A stretch of DNA of 64,000 bases from Bacteroidota bacterium (GTDB taxonomy: Bacteria; Bacteroidota; Bacteroidia; J057; JAJTIE01). A program made the position numbers and the translations under genes. Of the stretch, positions 59,188-64,000 are shown in pieces. The first letter of the stretch is position 1; every line of letters begins with the position of its first letter. The stretch covers positions 84,123-148,122 of the forward strand of contig JAHBTG010000001.1 of the NCBI GenBank assembly GCA_019638695.1. Reading direction: 5' to 3'. The notes beneath the pieces were generated by a model, which was not told the DNA's origin, searched no databases, and was given only the letters and a program-made list of their open reading frames with translations.

Positions 59188-59721
59188 ATGCAACTTTCAG
59201 ACGAATCGATTCGCAGCTATACCATTCCGCTCAAAGGAGGGAATCTGCCCGCAGATACCTTACCCGCCATCCTGGATGCTTCCGGGATCATCATCCTGCA
59301 CTTTCTCCGGCACCTGGGTTGCCTCTACTGCAAAGCACAGGTAGACAAGCTGTACCGCCTGGAGCAGCAAACACCCGGGTTCCCGCCCATTATCTTCGTG
59401 CACCAGTCGGACGCCCGGAGCGCAGACGCTTTTTTTGCCAAACATTTTCCGGGCGCCATTCATATAGCAGATCCCAAATTTGAGCTGTACAAGCTCTTTG
59501 GTATCCGCAAACTGGGAGGCCTGCACCTGGTCAATCCGCTGATGGTGCTCAAAGGCATAGCCCTCACCTTCCGCGGATACACCAATCGCATAGGACAGGG
59601 CAATATTCGCCTGCTAAGCGGCACGTTCCTGTTCTTCAAGGGGCGGCTGCGCTGGAGCCACCGCGCCCGATATGCCGGGGAGGAACCCCGCTGGGCAGAG
59701 GTCCTCGGCAAGAAAGCATAA
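59188..59721 (+). CDS. Thioredoxin-fold AhpC/TSA-like (peroxiredoxin-like) protein
   Basis: IILHFLRHLGCLYCKAQVDKL CxxC-type motif in a redoxin-like context. ATG 59188 preferred over TTG 59179. Confidence 0.65.
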   Translation: MQLSDESIRSYTIPLKGGNLPADTLPAILDASGIIILHFLRHLGCLYCKAQVDKLYRLEQQTPGFPPIIFVHQSDARSADAFFAKHFPGAIHIADPKFELYKLFGIRKLGGLHLVNPLMVLKGIALTFRGYTNRIGQGNIRLLSGTFLFFKGRLRWSHRARYAGEEPRWAEVLGKKA

Positions 59722-59745
59722 CCTGTCCTTTCCTGGAAACACTGC

Positions 59746-60630
59746 ATGAAGGCGCTCAAGGTACTCCTACCGGTGGACTTTTCTCCTCAGAACGAGGTGA
59801 TGTATCAAATGGTACAGCAACTGAGCCAATACCTGCAACTGGAGGTCACGCTCATACACGTGGCCCCCAAGGGGAGTAAAGCTCCGCAACAGGCAGAGTA
59901 TGCCCGCCTGCTGGCAGCCATCACCCGGCAAGCGGCAGAACTGGACGCGGCAGGACCCACCTGGTTTGCCAAATGCCGCACGGAAACGGTACTGATCCCC
60001 AAACGCACACACCTGGCCAAGCAGATTGCCCGCTATGCCGACGAACATCACTTTGATATCATCTTCACCTCCAGCAAACCCCGCATAGGTCTGGGAGAAT
60101 ATATCCTCAGTTCGTTGCTATCCCGCATTATTCGCTACAGCAACGTGCCCATACTGGTGCTCACTCCCGGCAAGCTCCCCCGTATAGGCAGGCTGCTGTA
60201 TGCCACAGACTTCTCTCCGGCATCCCTGCGGGCGCTGGTGCAGCTGGCACATATTGCACCGCTGATGCGCGCCGCCCTCATCTGCGCGCGCATCAATACC
60301 GGGCGGGATTTTCTGCCCACCCGCGATTTCCAGGAAGCGCGCCTGCAATGCCTGCATACCCTGGAAGACAACAAGGTAGACCACCTTTCGCATCCTATAG
60401 ATTTTGTCGCCTACAATGCCCGCACAGTCACACAAGGCATACTGGAATCGGCACAGGATTACCTGGCGGACGTTATTGTGACGGCCACCAATGCCCGCGC
60501 AGGCTTCAACCTGCTGATGAACGGCAGCGTTACCCAGGAGATCCTGGAACAGACCCACCTGCCCGTGCTTATTTACAAGATCCAGCAGGTAGACGAGATC
60601 ACTTCCGGGTATGACGACCTGGAGGTATAA
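59746..60630 (+). CDS. Universal stress protein-like, tandem Usp domains (degenerate)
   Basis: Two Usp-like halves: MKALKVLLPVDFS...IIRYSNVPILVL and LLYATDFS...VTQEILEQTHLPVLIY. Confidence 0.7.
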   Translation: MKALKVLLPVDFSPQNEVMYQMVQQLSQYLQLEVTLIHVAPKGSKAPQQAEYARLLAAITRQAAELDAAGPTWFAKCRTETVLIPKRTHLAKQIARYADEHHFDIIFTSSKPRIGLGEYILSSLLSRIIRYSNVPILVLTPGKLPRIGRLLYATDFSPASLRALVQLAHIAPLMRAALICARINTGRDFLPTRDFQEARLQCLHTLEDNKVDHLSHPIDFVAYNARTVTQGILESAQDYLADVIVTATNARAGFNLLMNGSVTQEILEQTHLPVLIYKIQQVDEITSGYDDLEV

Positions 60631-60753
60631 GCTAAACAGGCTTTTCCAACAGTTGGCAGGCCAGCTGCGTCTTATGGTTGAATATTTGCTACATTTACCT
60701 TCAGCAATTCACCTCCGACACCGGATAACCCCCTGCATATCAATACCTTAACC

Positions 60754-61917
60754 ATGAAAAAAATAATATCTTTTCTCACCGTCTGCCTGCTGGCCATCCC
60801 CGCCTGGGCCCAGATTCAGTTCACAGAAATGGTATGGGATTTCGGCGAGATCGAGGAAGGCGTGATGGCCACGCATGTCTTCACGTTCAAGAATGCCGGC
60901 AGCAAAGAAGAAAAGCTGCAGAATGTGCGCGCCAGTTGCGGCTGCACCACTCCCCGCTGGACACGCGATGCCATTGCGCCCGGCAAAACAGGCGAGATAG
61001 AAGTTACCTACAATTCCAAAGGCCGGCCCGGCCCCTTTACCAAATCCATCACGGTGACCACAGACACGGCCCGCACGGCCACGCCTATTATCCTCACGAT
61101 AAAGGGCAACGTCAGGAAAGCGCCGGAGCCTGCCACCCAGCCCGGAGGTCCCAAGGCAGAAGTCGTTCCGGCAGAACCCGCTATTAATTTTGAGCACCGT
61201 GCAGGCAACCTGTCTATAGAAAAAAGGAGCCTGAGCCTGGGTGTGCTGAGCAGCGACAAGCCTATGAGCGCTCCCTTCAAGGTACGCAACGAAGGACCGC
61301 AGCCCCTTCAGCTAAAGGGGCTGAAGGGTGCGCAACCCATGTATGCGCTTCGCTGGGAAAATGCGATGCTGAAACCGGGCGAAAGCACCACGGGAACTCT
61401 CTATGTAGATCCCGTGCAGGGCGAAGCCAGCGGACTCACCAACAAAACTGCTTTTACGCACCAGATCAGCTTTGAGACCAACGATGCGCAGGAGCCCCTG
61501 AAAACGCTGGAGACCACCGGCAGCTACCGCAAGATTTATTCAGAAGCAGAACTGGCGGCCATGCCCGTAATAGATTTCCCCGAAAAAGAATTCAACGGCG
61601 GTGAGATCCTCCAGGGAGATGTGATTGAGCACACCTTTGCCTTTCGCAACAAAGGAAAAGGGGAACTGACACTCAGCAGTGTAAAGGCCAGCTGCGGATG
61701 CACTACCCCCAGCTGGACGCAGGAACCTGTTCCGGCAGGCGGCACCGGCACTATCAAAGTGGTATTCAACTCTGCCGGCAAAACGGGCCCGCAACATAAA
61801 ACTGTGGTAGTACGCAGCAACGACCCCGAGAATGACTCAGTGGTACTGCATGTAAAATGTACCATCAAGGCAGATCCGTTTGGCAGCAGCGGGAACCCTC
61901 TTAACCCCAGCAACTAG
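60754..61917 (+). CDS. DUF1573 domain-containing secreted protein (two DUF1573 modules flanking a central domain)
   Basis: Signal peptide. Two copies of the DUF1573 core: FKNAGSKEEKLQNVRASCGCTTPRW and FRNKGKGELTLSSVKASCGCTTPSW. Confidence 0.85.
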   Translation: MKKIISFLTVCLLAIPAWAQIQFTEMVWDFGEIEEGVMATHVFTFKNAGSKEEKLQNVRASCGCTTPRWTRDAIAPGKTGEIEVTYNSKGRPGPFTKSITVTTDTARTATPIILTIKGNVRKAPEPATQPGGPKAEVVPAEPAINFEHRAGNLSIEKRSLSLGVLSSDKPMSAPFKVRNEGPQPLQLKGLKGAQPMYALRWENAMLKPGESTTGTLYVDPVQGEASGLTNKTAFTHQISFETNDAQEPLKTLETTGSYRKIYSEAELAAMPVIDFPEKEFNGGEILQGDVIEHTFAFRNKGKGELTLSSVKASCGCTTPSWTQEPVPAGGTGTIKVVFNSAGKTGPQHKTVVVRSNDPENDSVVLHVKCTIKADPFGSSGNPLNPSN

Positions 61918-61970
61918 CCCGGCAACCAGGCAAAAGCCAGGACACAACGCTATCTCTCGCTCCCGAACGA

Positions 61971-61998
61971 AGGCCGGAAATGCTACCCGGCTTTTTTT
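61971..61998 (+). terminator. Rho-independent terminator after the DUF1573 gene
   Basis: GCCGG-AAATGCTAC-CCGGC short GC stem followed by T7 (61992..61998). Confidence 0.5.
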
Positions 61999-62004
61999 GC
62001 GCGC

Positions 62005-62580
62005 CTATTCTTCGTCGTCAGCCAGGTCCAGGTTCTTCCCATCCCAGCCCCAGCTGGTCTCCCGGGACTTCTGGTTTTGCAGGGTAAGCTGCTCCCCTTC
62101 GTGTAGCTGAATATATTGCATCCCCTTCAGGCGCATACCGCTCACCTGTTCCTTCAGGTCTATCTCGCCCAGCACATTGGTAAAGAACATGAAGTAGCGG
62201 CGAAAGCCCCGGAGAATGGGTTTTTTGCCCTGGAATGTCTGCTGCACCCAGGTCCGCCAGTCTGCCTCATCTACCAGAGTTACATGAGACATGCCCTCAA
62301 AATAGCGTTTGGCGGCAATCAGGCCGGTTTGGGTAGCGGTGAAAATAAAAGGATCCGAGGGAATCTCTTCATCGTCTTCATCAAAGGTATCCTGGCCCTT
62401 GGGCTTCAGCAGCAGATCCAGCCGCTGCTCCGCCAGGCGCACCTGTGCCCGCTCAAAGTCTGAGAGTTTACGCGGGTCAGGCAGGTCTTGCGGAATACCC
62501 CTGGCCTCTGCCAGCGCTTTGAGCTGGGGCAGGTAGTCATGCAGAAAATCTATTACCTGTATATCCGTGTCGGCACTCAT
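62005..62580 (-). CDS. Hypothetical cytoplasmic protein with acidic tracts
   Basis: Start at MSADTDIQVIDFL (ATG 62580); ordinary composition; DEDDEE and C-terminal DLADDEE tracts. No family recognised. Confidence 0.55.
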   Translation of the reverse strand: MSADTDIQVIDFLHDYLPQLKALAEARGIPQDLPDPRKLSDFERAQVRLAEQRLDLLLKPKGQDTFDEDDEEIPSDPFIFTATQTGLIAAKRYFEGMSHVTLVDEADWRTWVQQTFQGKKPILRGFRRYFMFFTNVLGEIDLKEQVSGMRLKGMQYIQLHEGEQLTLQNQKSRETSWGWDGKNLDLADDEE

Positions 62581-62746
62581 GCGGGCAAATAGGGTGGTTT
62601 CGCGGCTAAGGTTGCTGAAAAAACGGGTGAAGCCCTGCCACCGGCAGTACACTTCATGACAAATATATTAAATAGCCGATTGCCCGCACTGTTTTAGCTG
62701 TCAAGATGCCTGATACCTGACTGCAGTGAATGCTGTGGACGTCCGC

Positions 62747-64000
62747 TCAGGCCCCAAGCCAGTTCAGTAACCTGTCATAATGGAACAGCCCGAGATACAG
62801 CACAGCTATGGCCAGCAGTATGCCGGCCAATAGCAGACTGCCGGGAAATTGCGGCTGCAGAGAGGTATCTGCGGCCTCCCGGCGAAAGATGAGATAGATC
62901 AACGGCCGCAGGTAATAGTACAAACCCAGCAGCGTAGTGAGCACGCCCATTCCCAGGCCTGCCAGGATCCACGGGTTCTGCTGCTGGGTGTAGGCCTCCC
63001 ACAGAGGGATAAATAAGCCCAGCTTAGCCGTAAAGCCCGCTGTAGGCGGCAGGCCGGCCAGTGCAGGCAGCAATACGGCCAGCAAGAGTACGGGCGCCTG
63101 AGCAGCCGTACCGGCCTTGCTCCAGTGCGGCATAGATTCTCCCCAGGGCAGGAGCAGCTGGCCGGCCATGAAGACCCCGTAAGTAAGGATCAGGTAAACC
63201 AGCAGGTAATACCCCAGCCCGGCCTGAAGCGCCGTGCCGCCCACGGCTACGGCCAGCAGCATAAGACCGCTGTGTCCTATACTGCTATAGGCCAGCAAGC
63301 GGCGATAGTGCGTTTGCCCCCAGGCCGCCAGGTTACCCCAGAGCATGGATACAATGGCCAGTATCACCAGTACCTGAAGCCACAGGCCATCCCAGAGCGC
63401 AGCAGGAGGAGCGGCCAGAAACCAGCGCAGTAATAGGGCAAAAGCGCCCACTTTACCCATACCGGAGAGCAGAGCAGCTACGGGATAGGGAGCTGCCTGG
63501 TAGACATCCGGCACCCAGAAATGAAAAGGTACCAACCCGGCCTTGTAGGCAAACCCGGCAAAAACCAGGCTAAGGGCCACCAGGCCGGCTTCTGCAGGCA
63601 CCGCGTGTAATACGCCGGTCAGTTCATCGAAACGAAGAGTGCCTCCCAGTCCATAGACCAGCGAAAGACCAAAAAGCATCACCCCGCTGCTGAATACGCC
63701 ATAGAGCATATACTTGAGGCCGGCATCTGCAGCCGTGCGGTCATCACGCACCCAGGCCGTCAACACATACCCGCACACGGAGGCCATTTCCATAGCCAGG
63801 AAGGCCAGCAGAAAATGATTGGCCTGCGCCATCAGGCTAAGCCCGGTGTGCATGCCCAGCAACAGGACAAAGAACTCTCCCGCACGGTATCTGCCTTCGC
63901 GCAAAAAAGAAAAGCTCTGCAGCAATACCAGTACATGCCCGCCAGCCAGCAACAGGCGGAAATACCAGCCGAGCTTGTCTATCTGCAGCATCCCATCAAA
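62747..64000 (-). CDS. nuoN: NADH-quinone oxidoreductase subunit N (antiporter-like); N-terminus probably beyond the window
   Basis: More than 12 TM helices with a NuoN/ND2-type pattern (FHFWVPDVYQAAPYPVAALLS, LLAYSSIGHSG). The first in-window Met is at 63991, only 9 nt from the edge. Confidence 0.8.
   Translation of the reverse strand, partial: FDGMLQIDKLGWYFRLLLAGGHVLVLLQSFSFLREGRYRAGEFFVLLLGMHTGLSLMAQANHFLLAFLAMEMASVCGYVLTAWVRDDRTAADAGLKYMLYGVFSSGVMLFGLSLVYGLGGTLRFDELTGVLHAVPAEAGLVALSLVFAGFAYKAGLVPFHFWVPDVYQAAPYPVAALLSGMGKVGAFALLLRWFLAAPPAALWDGLWLQVLVILAIVSMLWGNLAAWGQTHYRRLLAYSSIGHSGLMLLAVAVGGTALQAGLGYYLLVYLILTYGVFMAGQLLLPWGESMPHWSKAGTAAQAPVLLLAVLLPALAGLPPTAGFTAKLGLFIPLWEAYTQQQNPWILAGLGMGVLTTLLGLYYYLRPLIYLIFRREAADTSLQPQFPGSLLLAGILLAIAVLYLGLFHYDRLLNWLGA

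Noticed and set aside
1-64000. CRISPR arrays, tRNA/rRNA genes, IS elements, integrases, and phage or toxin-antitoxin modules.
   Set aside because: I saw no spaced direct-repeat arrays, no T-loop-like GGTTCGAAT motifs in intergenic DNA, and no transposase, integrase or recombinase-like ORFs. The longest non-coding gaps are about 250 bp.

Overview
This is a GC-rich (by eye above 55%) chromosomal segment with Bacteroidota hallmarks. These include T9SS C-terminal sorting tails on two secreted proteins, a DUF5683 gene after parA-parB, a DUF1573 protein, and TAnnTTTG-type -7 promoter boxes close to start codons. About 60 tightly packed genes fill the window, and almost all are housekeeping. They include nnr, parAB, pyrD, ispD, rfaE-type heptose kinase, RNase R, folE/queD, sod, ahpC/fur, a Cry-DASH photolyase, an hscA-like Hsp70, two aminotransferases and nuoN (partial).

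I found no tRNA, rRNA, CRISPR array, transposase, integrase or phage gene, and I see no clear-cut novel defence or mobile system. This reads as core genome.

The observations most worth a second look are:
- A translationally coupled three-gene operon at 16801-20589. Its first protein fuses a GT-C-like polytopic membrane domain to a PRK/uridine-kinase-family P-loop kinase, followed by a HAD phosphatase and a class II aldolase/epimerase-fold protein.
- Two giant hybrid sensor kinases coupled by an ATGA overlap. The second is split by a frameshift at about 10280 and runs into an orphan Cox3-like gene.
- A perfect 7-3-7 palindrome upstream of a fur-family gene that sits directly upstream of ahpC.
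- Two palindromes in the divergent promoter region in front of the Cry-DASH gene.
- -7 boxes placed 5 nt from start codons, which would imply leaderless mRNAs.

Many long ORFs in the track are antisense or alternative-frame artefacts of the GC-rich codon usage and were rejected. All functional calls come from motif recognition by eye. No database search was run.
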